Positions 33,511-45,070 of a DNA stretch of 64,000 bases are shown in pieces. Under the pieces are notes generated by a model. That model worked only from the letters and a program-made list of their open reading frames with translations, did not search any database and was not told where the DNA came from. The stretch comes from an uncultured Mycolicibacterium sp. Lineage in GTDB: Bacteria > Actinomycetota > Actinomycetes > Mycobacteriales > Mycobacteriaceae. Location: NCBI RefSeq assembly GCF_937941905.1, contig NZ_CALDGS010000063.1, forward strand, positions 6,268-70,267. Direction: 5' to 3'. The position numbers and the translations under genes are program-made. The first letter of the stretch is position 1; every line of letters starts with the position of its first letter.

Positions 33511-34392
33511 CTAGACGGCCTGGGCCCCGGGCGCGCCCTCCTGCTCGACCGCCTCGGGCTCCAGCGGGGCCGGGCCGCGCCGCGACCGGCGCATGCGCCG
33601 CTCCAGCCGGGTGGCCAGCGCCGAGAGCCCGAAGTTGGCGGCGATCATCAGCGCGGCGATGACGATCAGCGCCGGCACGTAGTTGCCGTAGGCCGAGCCG
33701 ACGACGGTGCCCTGCCGCACCATCTCCACGAACGTGATCTGGTAGCCGATCGCGGTGTCCTTGAGCACCACCACCAGCTGGGACACCAGCACCGGCAGCA
33801 TCGAGGTGATCGCCTGCGGCAGCAGGATGGTGCGCATGATCTGGCCGGGTCGCAGGCCCAGCGCCGCGGCGGCCTCGGCCTGCCCGCGCGGCAGCGAGTG
33901 CACCCCGGCCCGCACGATCTCGGCGATCACCGCGCCGTTGTACAGCGTCAACCCGGTGATCACCCCGGCCAGCGCCAGATACCGGGACGGCAGCAGGTCG
34001 TAGAACGCGTAGCAGAAGTACGCGAAGATCATCATGATCAGCACCGGCACGGCCCGGAAGAACTCCACCACCACCGCGCACACCCAGCGCAGTGGCCGGT
34101 GCACCGACATCCGGCCCACCCCGAGCGCCAGGCCGAGGGCCAGCGCCAGCACGATCGACACCGCCGCCGCGGTGAGCGTGCCCTGCACCCCGGGCAGCAC
34201 GTAGGTCTTCCACAGGTTCGCGGTCAGGAACGGCTCCCACTTGGCGGCGGTGAGCTGCCCCTTGGCCGCCAGCCGGGACACCACCAGCGCGGCCAGCAGC
34301 GCCACCAGCACCGCGGTGACCACCGTGACGGCCTGGTTGCGCCGCCGCGCCCGCGGCCCGGGCGTGTCGAACAACACCGAGGCGCCGCTCAT
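33511..34392 (-). CDS. gluD: glutamate/polar amino-acid ABC transporter permease
   Basis: 293 aa, multi-TM, polar amino-acid permease family. Last gene of a four-gene gluABCD-like operon. Confidence 0.88.
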   Translation of the reverse strand: MSGASVLFDTPGPRARRRNQAVTVVTAVLVALLAALVVSRLAAKGQLTAAKWEPFLTANLWKTYVLPGVQGTLTAAAVSIVLALALGLALGVGRMSVHRPLRWVCAVVVEFFRAVPVLIMMIFAYFCYAFYDLLPSRYLALAGVITGLTLYNGAVIAEIVRAGVHSLPRGQAEAAAALGLRPGQIMRTILLPQAITSMLPVLVSQLVVVLKDTAIGYQITFVEMVRQGTVVGSAYGNYVPALIVIAALMIAANFGLSALATRLERRMRRSRRGPAPLEPEAVEQEGAPGAQAV

Positions 34393-34402
34393 CGGATCCC
34401 CC

Positions 34403-35083
34403 TCACCGGCGCACCGCCAGCCGCCGGCCCAGCCAGCCGAAGAACAACCCGGTCGGCAGCGTGAGCACCACGAACCCGGCCGCGAAGATCGTCCCGACCG
34501 CCAGCAGCGCGGCGGTGTCCTCGATCATCTCCTTCATCAGCAGCGCGGCCTCGGCCACGCCGATCGCCGAGGCGATCGTGGTGTTCTTCGTCAGCGCGAT
34601 CAGCACCGACCCGAGCGGGATCACGGTGGCGCGGAAAGCCTGCGGCAGCAGGATGTAGCGCAGGTTCTGGCCGAAGGTCAGCCCCAGCGAGCGGGCCGCC
34701 TCGGCCTGCCCGAGCGGCACCGTGTTCACCCCCGAGCGCACCGTCTCGCAGACGAACGAGGCGGTGTAGACCGCCAGCCCGAGCGCGGCCAACCGGAAGT
34801 TGCTGTCGGCGATCGAGGTGGGGGAGTCGGGGTCGACCAGGGTGATGCCCAGCGTCTGCGCCAGCCCGAACGAGCAGAACAGGATGATCAGCGTCAGCGG
34901 GCAGTTGCGCACCACGTTGACGTAGGTCGCGCCCAGCCAGTTCAGCATCGGCACCGGGGCCAGCCGCATCGCGGCCAGCACCGTGCCGAGCACCAGCGCA
35001 CCGATCCCGGCGAGGACCGTCAGCTGGATCGTGGTCCAGAACGCCTCGAGGATCTGGCCGCGATACTCGGTGAGGATCTCCAC
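34403..35083 (-). CDS. gluC: glutamate/polar amino-acid ABC transporter permease
   Basis: GTG start, 226 aa, permease family. Confidence 0.88.
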   Translation of the reverse strand: MEILTEYRGQILEAFWTTIQLTVLAGIGALVLGTVLAAMRLAPVPMLNWLGATYVNVVRNCPLTLIILFCSFGLAQTLGITLVDPDSPTSIADSNFRLAALGLAVYTASFVCETVRSGVNTVPLGQAEAARSLGLTFGQNLRYILLPQAFRATVIPLGSVLIALTKNTTIASAIGVAEAALLMKEMIEDTAALLAVGTIFAAGFVVLTLPTGLFFGWLGRRLAVRR

Positions 35084-35101
35084 AGCCGGTCGGCGCCCCG
35101 G

Positions 35102-35929
35102 TCAGTCGCGGTCCAGCGGCGGCGGGGTCGGCGTCGGGATTCCGGCCGGGCCGAGGTTGCGCTCGAACGCCTCCGCCCAGGCGCCGTCGGCCACCATCTT
35201 CGCCAGCGCGTCGTTGATCCGGTTCTTCAGCTCGGTGTCGCCCTTGCGCAGGCCGATGCCGTAGCGCTCCTCGGAGAACGTGTCACCGACGATCTTGAAC
35301 ACCCCGGGCTGCTGGGCGGCGTAGCCGGCCAGGATCACCTCGTCGGTGGTGACCGCGTCGATCGCGCCGTTCTTCAGCGCCTCGATGCACGCCGAGTAGG
35401 TGTCGTACTGCTGCAGCTGCACCCCCGGGTACTCATTCTTGATCCGCTGGGCCGGGGTCGAGCCGGACACCGAGCACAGCTTCTTGTTGTTCTGCAGCGA
35501 CGCCGCGCCGGTGATCTCGTCGTCGTCGGCGCGCACCAGCAGGCTCTGGCCGGTGATCAGGTACGGCCCGGCGAAGTCCACCTTCTCCTTGCGGGCGTCG
35601 GTGATCGAGTAGGTGGCCACGATGAAGTCGACCTGGCCGTTCTGGATGAGCGTCTCGCGCTGCGGCGACGGCGCCTCCTTCCACTCGATGTCCTCCGGCG
35701 CGTAGCCGAGCTGCTCGGCCACGTAGGTCGCCACGTCGACGTCGAAGCCGCTCATCGAGCCGTCCGGGTTCTTCTGGCCCAGCCCGGGCTGGTCGAACTT
35801 GGTGCCGATGACGATCTTGTTGTCGTCACCGCCCCCGTCGCCGCAGGCGGTCGCCGCGAACGGCAGCACGGCGGCCAGCGCGAACACACCGGCGGCACGC
35901 AACAGGCGGGTTCTGTGCACAGACGGCAT
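35102..35929 (-). CDS. gluB: glutamate ABC transporter substrate-binding lipoprotein
   Basis: Signal peptide plus lipobox FAATAC. Type 2 periplasmic binding fold. Confidence 0.9.
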   Translation of the reverse strand: MPSVHRTRLLRAAGVFALAAVLPFAATACGDGGGDDNKIVIGTKFDQPGLGQKNPDGSMSGFDVDVATYVAEQLGYAPEDIEWKEAPSPQRETLIQNGQVDFIVATYSITDARKEKVDFAGPYLITGQSLLVRADDDEITGAASLQNNKKLCSVSGSTPAQRIKNEYPGVQLQQYDTYSACIEALKNGAIDAVTTDEVILAGYAAQQPGVFKIVGDTFSEERYGIGLRKGDTELKNRINDALAKMVADGAWAEAFERNLGPAGIPTPTPPPLDRD

Positions 35930-35950
35930 CGGTCTTCCTTTCGCCGGGGT

Positions 35951-36736
35951 TCAGTGGTGCAGGATCTTGCTCAGGAAGTCCTTGGCGCGGTCGGTGCGCG
36001 GGTTGTCGAAGAACTCGGCGGGCGGGGCGTCCTCGACGATCGCGCCGTCGGCCATGAACACCACCCGGTCCGAGGCGCGCCGGGCGAAGCCCATCTCGTG
36101 GGTGACCACCAGCATCGTCATGCCCTCGGTGGCCAGCGCGGACATCACCGCGAGCACCTCGTTGATCATCTCCGGGTCCAGCGCGCTGGTCGGTTCGTCG
36201 AACAGCATCACCTTCGGGTGCATGGCCAGCGACCGGGCGATCGCCACCCGCTGCTGCTGCCCGCCGGACAGCTGCGCGGGGTACTTGTCGGCCTGGTCGG
36301 CCACCCCGACCCGCTCCAGCAGCGCCATCGCCTCGGTGCGGGCCTGCTCCCTGGGCACGCCGCGCACCTTCATCGGCGCCAGGGTGACGTTCTCCAGGAC
36401 CGTCTTGTGCGCGAACAGGTTGAACGACTGGAACACCATGCCCACGTCGGAGCGCAGCCGGGCCAGCGCCCGGCCCTCGGCGGGCAGCGGTTGCCCGTCG
36501 ACCTCGATGGTGCCCGAGTCGATCGTCTCCAGCCGGTTGATGGTGCGGCACAGCGTGGACTTGCCCGACCCGCTCGGCCCGAGCACCACGACCACCTGAC
36601 CGCGCGGGATCTCCAGATCGATGTCCTTGAGGACGTGCAGGCTGCCGAAGTGCTTGTTGACCCCGCGCATCGAGATCATCGGCGCGGCCTGCCGGGACGG
36701 CTCCGCCCCCGGCTGCTCCTGGCCGGTCCTCCCCAT
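35951..36736 (-). CDS. gluA: glutamate ABC transporter ATP-binding protein
   Basis: [17 protein letters not shown] and [11 protein letters not shown] motifs. The start is uncertain (ATG 36736, ATG 36679 or GTG 36778). Confidence 0.9.
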   Translation of the reverse strand: MGRTGQEQPGAEPSRQAAPMISMRGVNKHFGSLHVLKDIDLEIPRGQVVVVLGPSGSGKSTLCRTINRLETIDSGTIEVDGQPLPAEGRALARLRSDVGMVFQSFNLFAHKTVLENVTLAPMKVRGVPREQARTEAMALLERVGVADQADKYPAQLSGGQQQRVAIARSLAMHPKVMLFDEPTSALDPEMINEVLAVMSALATEGMTMLVVTHEMGFARRASDRVVFMADGAIVEDAPPAEFFDNPRTDRAKDFLSKILHH

Positions 36737-36819
36737 GGCGAAGAACCTTACCCAGGGTCGCGCCGCCGTGCTGGCCACTCGCCGATCAATCGCAGGTCGG
36801 CGGCCCGTACCATGGGCGG

Positions 36820-38346
36820 GTGACTTCGATGGTGACCCCCCGTGCCGACCGGCCCACCCCGGACGGCCGCCGCCAGCGCACCTACGAGGTCCGCACCTAC
36901 GGGTGCCAGATGAACGTGCACGACTCGGAGCGGCTGGCCGGACTGCTGGAGGCCGCCGGGTACCGGCGCGCCGAGGCCGGCACCGACGCCGACGTGGTGG
37001 TGTTCAACACCTGCGCGGTGCGGGAGAACGCCGACAACAAGCTCTACGGCAACCTCAGCCACCTCGCGCCGCGCAAGGCCGTCGACCCGGACATGCAGAT
37101 CGCCGTCGGCGGCTGCCTGGCGCAGAAGGACCGGGAGGCGGTGCTGCGCCGCGCCCCCTACGTCGACGTGGTGTTCGGCACCCACAACATCGGGTCGCTG
37201 CCGGCGCTGCTGGAGCGGGCCCGGCACAACCGGCGGGCCGAGGTCGAGATCGCCGAGGCGCTGCGGGAGTTCCCGTCCAACCTGCCGGCCGCCCGCGAAT
37301 CCGCCTACGCCGCCTGGGTTTCCATCTCCGTCGGGTGCAACAACACCTGCACCTTCTGCATCGTGCCGTCGCTGCGCGGCCGGGAGGTGGACCGCCGGCC
37401 CGACGACATCCTGGCCGAGGTGCGCTCGCTGGTCGACCAGGGCGTGCTGGAGATCACCCTGCTGGGCCAGAACGTCAACGCCTACGGGGTGTCCTTCGCC
37501 GATCCGGACCTGCCGCGCGACCGCGGCGCGTTCGCCAAATTGCTGCGCGCTTGCGGCGAGATCGAGGGCCTGGAGCGGGTGCGGTTCACCTCGCCGCACC
37601 CGGCCGAGTTCACCGACGACGTCATCGAGGCGATGGCGCAGACCCCCAACGTCTGCCCGACGCTGCACATGCCGCTGCAGTCCGGCTCGGACCGCATCCT
37701 GCGCGCCATGCGGCGCAGCTACCGGGCCGAGCGGTTCCTGGGCATCCTGGAGAAGGTGCGCCGGGCCATCCCGCACGCGGCCATCACCACCGACCTCATC
37801 GTCGGGTTCCCCGGCGAGACCGAGGAGGACTTCCGGGCCACCCTCGAGGTGGTCGAGCAGGCCCGGTTCGCCGGGGCGTTCACCTTCCAGTACTCCAAGC
37901 GGCCCGGCACCCCGGCCGCCGAGCTGCCCGACCAGGTGCCCAAGGAGGTCGTCACCGAGCGCTACCAGCGGCTGCTCGCACTGCAGGAGCGGATCTCGTT
38001 GGAGGAGAACGCCGCCCAGGTGGGCCGCACCGTCGAGGTGCTGGTCGCCACCGGTGAGGGCCGCAAGGACGCGGTGACCGCCCGGATGAGCGGGCGCGCC
38101 CGCGACGGCCGGTTGGTGCACTTCGCCCCGCACGGTGCCGACATCCGCCCCGGCGACGTCATCACCACCGAGATCACCGGCGCGGCGCCGCACCACCTCA
38201 TCGCCGACGGGCCGGTGCTGACCCACCGGCGCACCCGCGCCGGCGACGCCCACGCGGCCGGGCTGCGCCCGCGCACCGTCGGGCTCGGCATCCCGGGGGT
38301 GGGCCGGCCCGCCCCGGCGCCGACGGCCTCGGAGTGTGGCTGTTGA
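36820..38346 (+). CDS. miaB: tRNA-2-methylthio-N6-dimethylallyladenosine synthase MiaB
   Basis: [11 protein letters not shown], radical-SAM motif CNNTCTFC and a TRAM domain. Confidence 0.95.
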   Translation: MTSMVTPRADRPTPDGRRQRTYEVRTYGCQMNVHDSERLAGLLEAAGYRRAEAGTDADVVVFNTCAVRENADNKLYGNLSHLAPRKAVDPDMQIAVGGCLAQKDREAVLRRAPYVDVVFGTHNIGSLPALLERARHNRRAEVEIAEALREFPSNLPAARESAYAAWVSISVGCNNTCTFCIVPSLRGREVDRRPDDILAEVRSLVDQGVLEITLLGQNVNAYGVSFADPDLPRDRGAFAKLLRACGEIEGLERVRFTSPHPAEFTDDVIEAMAQTPNVCPTLHMPLQSGSDRILRAMRRSYRAERFLGILEKVRRAIPHAAITTDLIVGFPGETEEDFRATLEVVEQARFAGAFTFQYSKRPGTPAAELPDQVPKEVVTERYQRLLALQERISLEENAAQVGRTVEVLVATGEGRKDAVTARMSGRARDGRLVHFAPHGADIRPGDVITTEITGAAPHHLIADGPVLTHRRTRAGDAHAAGLRPRTVGLGIPGVGRPAPAPTASECGC

Positions 38347-38909
38347 GCGCGGGCGACCCGGACGGGTTCCGGGAGGAGTTCGGCGACGACCTCGAGGCCG
38401 CCGAGCGGCGGGTCGCCGGCGAGTTCGACCCGGGGGCGCGCGCCCTGGTCGTCGCGGTGCTGGTGTTCCTGCTGGTCGGGACGTTCATCCTGCCGCACAC
38501 CGGTGCCGCCAACGGCTGGGAGGTGCTGGCCGGCGGCGCGGACGCCGCGGCCGAGCGGGTCGGGCTGCCGTCCCGCATCTTCGTGTGGCTGACCCTGGTG
38601 TTCGCCGTCGGCACCTCGATGCTGGCGCTGCTCACCCGGCGCTGGGCGGTGGCGTGGCTGGCCCTGGCCGGTACCACGGTCGCCGGGGCGGCCGGCATGT
38701 TCGCGGTGTGGTCGCGCCAGACCGTCGGCGACGCCGCCGGGCCGGGCATCGGCCTGGTGCTGGCCTGGCTGCTGGTGCTGGTGCTGATCTTCCAGTGGGC
38801 GCGGCTGGTCTGGACCCGCACCGCGGCGCAGCTCGCCGCCGAGGAGCAGCGCCGCCACGAGGCCGCCGAGCGAGACCGTGGCGGCCCGCTCGACGACCCC
38901 GGTACGTGA
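38334..38909 (+). CDS. membrane protein (Rv2732c position)
   Basis: Overlaps the miaB stop. Four hydrophobic helices. The start is uncertain (GTG 38334 or TTG 38343). Confidence 0.7.
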   Translation: MWLLSAGDPDGFREEFGDDLEAAERRVAGEFDPGARALVVAVLVFLLVGTFILPHTGAANGWEVLAGGADAAAERVGLPSRIFVWLTLVFAVGTSMLALLTRRWAVAWLALAGTTVAGAAGMFAVWSRQTVGDAAGPGIGLVLAWLLVLVLIFQWARLVWTRTAAQLAAEEQRRHEAAERDRGGPLDDPGT

Positions 38910-38912
38910 CCG

Positions 38913-40232
38913 TCAGTCCCGCTTGTTGAGGGCCGCCTCGGCCGCCTCGGCCCACTGCCGCCACTGCGCGGCGCTGGCGCGGGCCTCCTCGGCCTCCTTG
39001 AGCCGGCCGGCCGCCTCGGCCTTCTGCGCCTGCCGCTCGAACTGCTCGGCGCGGGCGGCGAACTGCTCGGCGCGGGCTTTGGCCTCCGGATCGACCTGAC
39101 CGGCGGTGGCGGCGTCGCGGACGCGCTTCTCCACCGCGCGCAGCCGGCGCTCCAGCTCGGCCACCTTGTCGCGCGGCACCTTGCCGATCTCGTCCCAGCG
39201 CTCCAGCACGCCGCGCAGCGCGGCCCGGGCGGCCTCCGGGTCGGCGGTGTCGATCCGCTCCGCCTCGGCCAGCAGGGCCTCCTTGGCCTCGTAGTTGGCG
39301 TGCAGTTCGGCGTCCCGCTCGGCCAGCACGGCGTTGCGGGCGGTGAAGAACCGGTCCTGGGCGGCCTTGAACCGCTTCCACAGCGCGTCGTCGACCTCCC
39401 TGGAGGCCCGCCCGGCCGCCTTCCACTCGGCCAGCAGGTCCCGGAACGCCGCCGCGGTGGCCGCCCAGTCGGTGGAGTCGGCCATCGCCTCGGCGCGTTC
39501 GCACAGCGCCTCCTTGGCCTTGCGGGCCGCCGCGCGCTGGCGGTCCAGTTCGGCGAAGTGCGAGCCGCGGCGCCGGTTGAACAGCTCGCGGGCCGCCGCG
39601 TAGCGCTTCCACAGCGCGTCGTCGGTCTTGCGGTCCAGCCCGGTGATGGTGCGCCACTCGTCGAGGATCTCGCGCAGCCGGTCGCCGGCGGCCTTCCACT
39701 GCATCGAGTTGGCGGCCAGGTCCTCGGCCTCGGCGGCCAGCGCCTCCTTGCGCGCCAGCTGCGCGGCCCGGAACTCCTCGCGGCGGGCCTTCTCGGCCTC
39801 CGCGGCCGCCTCGGCCTGCTCGACGACCGCGGCGAGCCGGTCGGCCAGCGCGTCGACGTCGCCGAGGACCGCCGCGGTGGGCAGCGTCTCGGCCAGCGAC
39901 GCGGCCGCCGCCCGGATCTTGCGGGCGTCCCCGGTACCGGACTGCAGCCGCCGCTCGAGCAGCACCACCTCGGTGTGCAGGTCGTCGTAGCGACGGCCGA
40001 AGTGGGCGTAGGCCGCCTCGGCGTCCCCGGCCTGCCACGACCCGATCACCCGCTCACCGGATCGGGTGATCAGCCACACCGTGCCGTCCGGGTCCACCCG
40101 GCCGAACCGGTGCGGGTCGCTCGCCGGAGCCGTCACCGCCGCGGCCACCGGGCCGGGGCGCGGGACGGGGCGGGGCGGCCCGGGCCGGGGAGTGGGTTTG
40201 GGGGTCGGGCCCGTCGGCTCGCTGTTCGTCAT
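38913..40232 (-). CDS. DUF349 repeat protein (Rv2731-like)
   Basis: Pro-rich N-terminus followed by repeated helices with W(K/R)..G and DDALWKR(F/Y) elements. Confidence 0.85.
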   Translation of the reverse strand: MTNSEPTGPTPKPTPRPGPPRPVPRPGPVAAAVTAPASDPHRFGRVDPDGTVWLITRSGERVIGSWQAGDAEAAYAHFGRRYDDLHTEVVLLERRLQSGTGDARKIRAAAASLAETLPTAAVLGDVDALADRLAAVVEQAEAAAEAEKARREEFRAAQLARKEALAAEAEDLAANSMQWKAAGDRLREILDEWRTITGLDRKTDDALWKRYAAARELFNRRRGSHFAELDRQRAAARKAKEALCERAEAMADSTDWAATAAAFRDLLAEWKAAGRASREVDDALWKRFKAAQDRFFTARNAVLAERDAELHANYEAKEALLAEAERIDTADPEAARAALRGVLERWDEIGKVPRDKVAELERRLRAVEKRVRDAATAGQVDPEAKARAEQFAARAEQFERQAQKAEAAGRLKEAEEARASAAQWRQWAEAAEAALNKRD

Positions 40233-40444
40233 ATCCGTTCCTCACGCCCTCCGCGCGATCTCTCGCGCATCTGCCGCGCAGCGCGGCGCCCTGTAGCGGT
40301 CAACAGTGCCAAAGGCTAGTGAAATGGTGCTGCAGGCTATTCAAACAGGTCGCCCCCGCCCGTGCCCACGGCTTGGGGGTCCGGTTTGCAACTCGGTGCA
40401 TCCGCAGGTCAGGCTGTACGCCCCGACCCCAGCCGGAGGAGTGC

Positions 40445-41077
40445 ATGGTCAAGGCCGATCTCGCGGTGCTGCTCGCACTGGCCGCCGCGCTGTTCACCGC
40501 GCTCGGCAACGTGGTTCAGGAGCGCTCGGTGCAGCGGGTCGCCCCGGCCGGCGGCCGGGCCGGGGTGCTGGCCGGGCTGCTGCGTGACCGGCGCTGGTGG
40601 GTGGGCACCGCGGCCGGGCTGGCCGGCTTCGCGCTGCAGGCCGCCGCCCTGAGCCTGGGCTCGGTGCTGCTGGTGCAGGCGCTGCTGGTCACCTCGCTGC
40701 TGTTCGCGCTGCCGATGCAGGCCCGGCTGACCGGCCGTCCGGTCGGCCGGGGCCGGCTGGCCTGGGCGGCGGTGCTGGCCACCGCGGAGACCTATGCGCT
40801 GCTGGCGGTCGCCGGCGCGGCGGTGGTGCTGCAGCAGTACTCCTTCCGGGCCGGGCCGCTGACCGCCGCGCTGCCCGGCGCCGCGATCGCCGAACCGCTG
40901 GTGGCCGCCGTGCTGGGCATCGTGGTGCTCGGCGAGTCGCTGCACCCCGGCGACGCCGGGTGGGCGGTGCTGGTGGCCGCGGTGGCGGCGCTGGTGACCG
41001 CGACGGTGGCGCTGACGCGCGGCGAGGCGGCCGACGCCGGCCCGGACCGCGCGCCGGTTAGCGTGAACGCGTGCTGA
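40445..41077 (+). CDS. Ala/Leu/Val-rich integral membrane protein, DMT/EamA-like (Rv2729c position)
   Basis: ATG 40445 with a GGAGGA SD. Multi-TM. Only 210 aa. Confidence 0.65.
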   Translation: MVKADLAVLLALAAALFTALGNVVQERSVQRVAPAGGRAGVLAGLLRDRRWWVGTAAGLAGFALQAAALSLGSVLLVQALLVTSLLFALPMQARLTGRPVGRGRLAWAAVLATAETYALLAVAGAAVVLQQYSFRAGPLTAALPGAAIAEPLVAAVLGIVVLGESLHPGDAGWAVLVAAVAALVTATVALTRGEAADAGPDRAPVSVNAC

Positions 41078-41754
41078 CTGCGGTTGCGATCGTGCCGTCG
41101 GCGCCGGTGCTGGTCCCCGAGCTGGCCGGCGGGGCGGTCGCGGAGCTGGACGACCTGCGGGCGGCCATGGTGGCCGCCGCCCGGGAGCTGCCCGCCCGCT
41201 GGCTGGCGATCGGCGCGGCCGACGCCGATGCGGTGATCGGGGCGGAGGCGGCCGGCACCTTCGCCGGCTACGGGGTGGACGTGCCGGTGCGGCTCGGCCC
41301 GCGGGCGGGGGCCGAGCCGGCGCCGCTGCCGCTCGCCGCGCTGATCACCGGTTGGCTGCGCGGGCTGGCCGCCCCGGACGCGGTCGCGCGGGTGCGGGTG
41401 TTCGACCGCCGCACCCGCTGCGCGGCCGCGCTGGCCGCCGGCCGGGCGCTGCGCGCCGAACTGGACCGCGACCCCGAACCGGTGGGGGTGCTCGTCGTCG
41501 CCGACGGCGCCCACACCCTCACCCCGGCCGCCCCCGGCGGGCACGACCCGGCGTCGGTGCCGGTGCAACGGGCGCTGGCCGCCGCGCTGGCCGCCGGCGA
41601 CACCGCCGCGCTCGCCGAGCTGCCCGACGCGATCGTCGGCCGGGTCGCCTACCAGGTGGCCGCCGGGCTGATCGGCACCCCGCGGGTGGCCGAGCAGCGC
41701 TGGCACGGCGCCCCGTACGGGGTCGGCTACTTCTGCGGGGTGTGGCGGCCGTGA
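41071..41754 (+). CDS. conserved Ala-rich protein (Rv2728c position)
   Basis: GTG 41071 overlaps the upstream stop region. Its stop overlaps the miaA GTG (GTGA). Confidence 0.65.
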   Translation: MLTAVAIVPSAPVLVPELAGGAVAELDDLRAAMVAAARELPARWLAIGAADADAVIGAEAAGTFAGYGVDVPVRLGPRAGAEPAPLPLAALITGWLRGLAAPDAVARVRVFDRRTRCAAALAAGRALRAELDRDPEPVGVLVVADGAHTLTPAAPGGHDPASVPVQRALAAALAAGDTAALAELPDAIVGRVAYQVAAGLIGTPRVAEQRWHGAPYGVGYFCGVWRP

Positions 41755-42671
41755 GCACCCGGCCGATCGCCGTCGTCGGCCCGACCGGCACCGGCAAGTC
41801 CGACCTGGCGCTGGCGGTCGCCGAACGGCTCGGCGGGCAGATCGTCAACGCCGACGCCATGCAGCAGTACCGCGGCATGGACATCGGTACGGCCAAACTG
41901 CGGCCGGAGGAGCGCCGCGGCATCCCGCACCACCAGCTCGACGTCCTCGACGTCACCGAGACCGCCACCGTGGCCCGCTACCAGCGCGCCGCGGCCGCCG
42001 ACGTGGAGGCCGTCGCGGCGGCCGGGGACGTGCCGATCATCGTCGGCGGGTCGATGCTCTACATCCAGTCGCTGCTGGACGACTGGGCCTTCCCGGCCAC
42101 CGACCCCGCGGTGCGGGCGAGATGGGAGCAGCGGCTGGCCGAGATCGGCCCGGCCGCGCTGCACGCCGAACTCGCCCGGGTCGACCCCGAGGCCGCCACC
42201 GGCATCCGTCCCACCGACGGCCGGCGCATCGTGCGCGCGCTGGAGGTCGTCGAGCTCACCGGTCGGCCGTTCGCGGCGTCCAAACCCGCCGTCGGCACCC
42301 CGCGCTGGGACACCGTCATCGTGGGGCTGGACTGGCCGACCGAGCTGCTCGACGAACGGCTGGCGCGGCGCACCGACGCGATGTTCGCCGCCGGGCTGGT
42401 CGAGGAGGTACGCGGGCTGCTCGAGCGCGGGCTGCGCGAGGGCCGGACCGCCGCCCGCGCGCTGGGCTACGCCCAGGTGATCGAGGCGCTCGACGCCGGC
42501 GGCGGCGCCGAGGCCGTCGCGCAGGCGCGGGAACGCACCTTCATCGGCACCCGCCGCTACGTGCGCCGGCAGCGCTCCTGGTTCCGCCGCGACCACCGCA
42601 TCCACTGGCTCGACGGCCGCACCGGGGCCACCGTCGAGGCGGTGCTGCGGTGCTGGCGGCACGTATCCTGA
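41751..42671 (+). CDS. miaA: tRNA dimethylallyltransferase MiaA
   Basis: P-loop [23 protein letters not shown]. Confidence 0.95.
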   Translation: MSTRPIAVVGPTGTGKSDLALAVAERLGGQIVNADAMQQYRGMDIGTAKLRPEERRGIPHHQLDVLDVTETATVARYQRAAAADVEAVAAAGDVPIIVGGSMLYIQSLLDDWAFPATDPAVRARWEQRLAEIGPAALHAELARVDPEAATGIRPTDGRRIVRALEVVELTGRPFAASKPAVGTPRWDTVIVGLDWPTELLDERLARRTDAMFAAGLVEEVRGLLERGLREGRTAARALGYAQVIEALDAGGGAEAVAQARERTFIGTRRYVRRQRSWFRRDHRIHWLDGRTGATVEAVLRCWRHVS

Positions 42672-42675
42672 GCGG

Positions 42676-43548
42676 GTGATCTTCGCCAAGGGGCACGGCA
42701 CCGAGAACGACTTCGTGCTGCTGGCCGACCCCGACGCCCGCATCCCGCTGCCTCCGGCCGCCGTCGCCGCGCTGTGCGACCGCCGCCGCGGGCTCGGCGC
42801 CGACGGGCTGCTGCGCGTCACCACCGCCGGGGCGCTGCTGGCCGTCGGCGTGCTGGACCGGCTGCCCGAGGGGGTGGCCGCCGGCGACTGGTACATGGAC
42901 TACCGCAACGCCGACGGTTCGGTGGCACAGATGTGCGGCAACGGCGTCCGGGTGTTCGCGCACTACCTGCACGCGTCGGGGCTGGAGACCCGCGGCGAGT
43001 TCGTCGTCGGCACCCTGGCCGGACCGCGCCCGGTGGTGCTGCACCACGCCGACGCGGTGCATGCCGAGGTCACCGTCGAGATGGGCAAGGCGGCCGTCAC
43101 CGGCACCGGTGCGGCGGAGGTCGGCGGACAGCGGTTCTCCGGGCTGGCCGTCGACGTCGGCAACCCGCACCTGGCCTGCGTCGTGCCGGGGCTGACGCGC
43201 GACGGGCTGGCCGCGCTCGACGTCGCCGCCCCGGTGCGCTTCGACCCGGCCGCCTTCCCGGAGGGGGTGAACGTGGAGGTGCTCACCGCCCCGGCCGACG
43301 GCGCGGTGGCGATGCGGGTGCACGAGCGCGGCGTGGGGGAGACCCGCTCCTGCGGCACCGGCACGGTGGCCGCGACCGTGGCCGCGCTGCACCATCTCGG
43401 CGCCGACACCGGCAGCCTGCGGGTCGATGTGCCGGGCGGTTCGGTGCAGGTGCGCATCACCCCGGCGAACAGTTTCCTGCGCGGGCCGTCGGTGCTGGTC
43501 GCGCGGGGCGAGATCGAGCCGGAATGGTTTGCCGGTCTCGTTCGTTGA
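42676..43548 (+). CDS. dapF: diaminopimelate epimerase
   Basis: GTG start. Catalytic Cys motifs MCGNG and SCGTG. Confidence 0.95.
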   Translation: MIFAKGHGTENDFVLLADPDARIPLPPAAVAALCDRRRGLGADGLLRVTTAGALLAVGVLDRLPEGVAAGDWYMDYRNADGSVAQMCGNGVRVFAHYLHASGLETRGEFVVGTLAGPRPVVLHHADAVHAEVTVEMGKAAVTGTGAAEVGGQRFSGLAVDVGNPHLACVVPGLTRDGLAALDVAAPVRFDPAAFPEGVNVEVLTAPADGAVAMRVHERGVGETRSCGTGTVAATVAALHHLGADTGSLRVDVPGGSVQVRITPANSFLRGPSVLVARGEIEPEWFAGLVR

Positions 43549-43557
43549 CCGGGGTAC

Positions 43558-45069
43558 ATGAAGAATGAAACGCTTGCGAATCCGTATTCGCCCAACACCG
43601 AATCGCCCGACACCGAACTGCCGATGACGAATTTCGAACTCCCCGCCGACGGCGCGGCCGACGAGCCGACCGCCGACGTCCCGAGCACGGGTGAGCTCGC
43701 GCTCGAGGAACGCTCGGCGCTGCGCCGGGTGGCGGGGCTGTCGACCGAGCTGACCGACGTCACCGAGGTCGAGTACCGCCAGCTGCGCCTCGAGCGCGTC
43801 GTGCTGGTCGGGGTGTGGACCGAGGGCACCGCCGCCGATGCGGAGGCCAGCCTGGCCGAGCTGGCCCGGCTGGCCGAGACCGCCGGCTCGGAGGTGCTCG
43901 AGGGGCTCATCCAGCGCCGGGACCGGCCGGACCCGGCCACCTACATCGGCTCCGGCAAGGCCCAGGAGCTGCGTGAGATCGTGGAGGCCACCGGTGCCGA
44001 CACGGTGATCTGCGACGGCGAGCTGTCCCCGGCGCAGCTGACCGCGCTGGAGAAGGTGGTCAAGGTCAAGGTCATCGACCGCACCGCGCTGATCCTGGAC
44101 ATCTTCGCCCAGCACGCCACCAGCAAGGAGGGCAAGGCCCAGGTGTCGCTGGCGCAGATGGAGTACATGCTGCCCCGGCTGCGCGGCTGGGGCGAGTCGA
44201 TGTCCCGGCAGGCCGGCGGCCGGGCCGGCGGCAGCGGCGGCGGCGTGGGTCTGCGTGGCCCCGGCGAGACCAAGATCGAGACCGACCGGCGCCGTATCCG
44301 GGAACGGATGGCCAAACTGCGCCGCGAGATCAGCCAGATGCGCAAGGTCCGCGACACCCAGCGGCACCGGCGCCGGGAGAGCGACACCCCGTCGGTGGCG
44401 ATCGTCGGCTACACCAACGCCGGCAAGTCCAGCCTGCTCAACGCCCTCACCGGGGCCGGGGTGCTGGTGGAGAACGCGCTGTTCGCCACCCTGGAGCCGA
44501 CCAGCCGGCGCGGCCGGCTCGACGACGGCCGGCCGTTCGTGCTGACCGACACGGTCGGGTTCGTCCGGCACCTGCCCACCCAGCTCGTCGAGGCGTTCCG
44601 CTCCACGCTGGAGGAGGTCGTCGACGCCGACCTGCTGCTGCACGTGGTGGACGGCTCCGACGCCAACCCGATGGCCCAGATCGACGCCGTGCACCAGGTG
44701 GTGCGCGAGGTGCAGGCCGAACACCACGCCCCGCCCGCGCCGGAACTGTTGGTGGTCAACAAGATCGACGCCGCCGACCCGGTGATGCTGGTGCAGCTGC
44801 GCAATGCGCTGCCGGACGCGGTGTTCGTCTCCGCGCGCACCGGCGCCGGGCTCGACGAGCTGCGCCGCCGGCTCACCGAGGCGGTGCCGGCCACCGAAAC
44901 CGTCGTCGACGTGACCATTCCGTACCACCGGGGCGATCTCGTGGCGCGGCTGCACGCCGACGGCCGCGTGGACGTCACCGAGCACACCGAGGCCGGGACC
45001 CGGATCAAGGCCCGGGTGCCGATCCCGCTGGCCGCCACCGTGCGCGAGTTCGCCACCTACCCGGGCTGA
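43558..45069 (+). CDS. hflX: GTPase HflX
   Basis: G1 GYTNAGKSSLLNAL, G3 DTVGF and G4 NKID. ATG 43624 is an alternative start, because the first 66 nt are GC-poor with poor codon usage. Confidence 0.93.
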   Translation: MKNETLANPYSPNTESPDTELPMTNFELPADGAADEPTADVPSTGELALEERSALRRVAGLSTELTDVTEVEYRQLRLERVVLVGVWTEGTAADAEASLAELARLAETAGSEVLEGLIQRRDRPDPATYIGSGKAQELREIVEATGADTVICDGELSPAQLTALEKVVKVKVIDRTALILDIFAQHATSKEGKAQVSLAQMEYMLPRLRGWGESMSRQAGGRAGGSGGGVGLRGPGETKIETDRRRIRERMAKLRREISQMRKVRDTQRHRRRESDTPSVAIVGYTNAGKSSLLNALTGAGVLVENALFATLEPTSRRGRLDDGRPFVLTDTVGFVRHLPTQLVEAFRSTLEEVVDADLLLHVVDGSDANPMAQIDAVHQVVREVQAEHHAPPAPELLVVNKIDAADPVMLVQLRNALPDAVFVSARTGAGLDELRRRLTEAVPATETVVDVTIPYHRGDLVARLHADGRVDVTEHTEAGTRIKARVPIPLAATVREFATYPG

Positions 45070-45070
45070 T

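Noticed and set aside
40233-40444. 212-bp divergent spacer with a locally AT-richer core and two short palindromes (GCGCGA-TCTC-TCGCGC, GCCGCGC-A-GCGCGGC), considered as an sRNA locus
   Set aside because: There is no promoter-plus-terminator pair that I can define and no similarity to mycobacterial sRNAs I know. It is most simply two divergent promoters.
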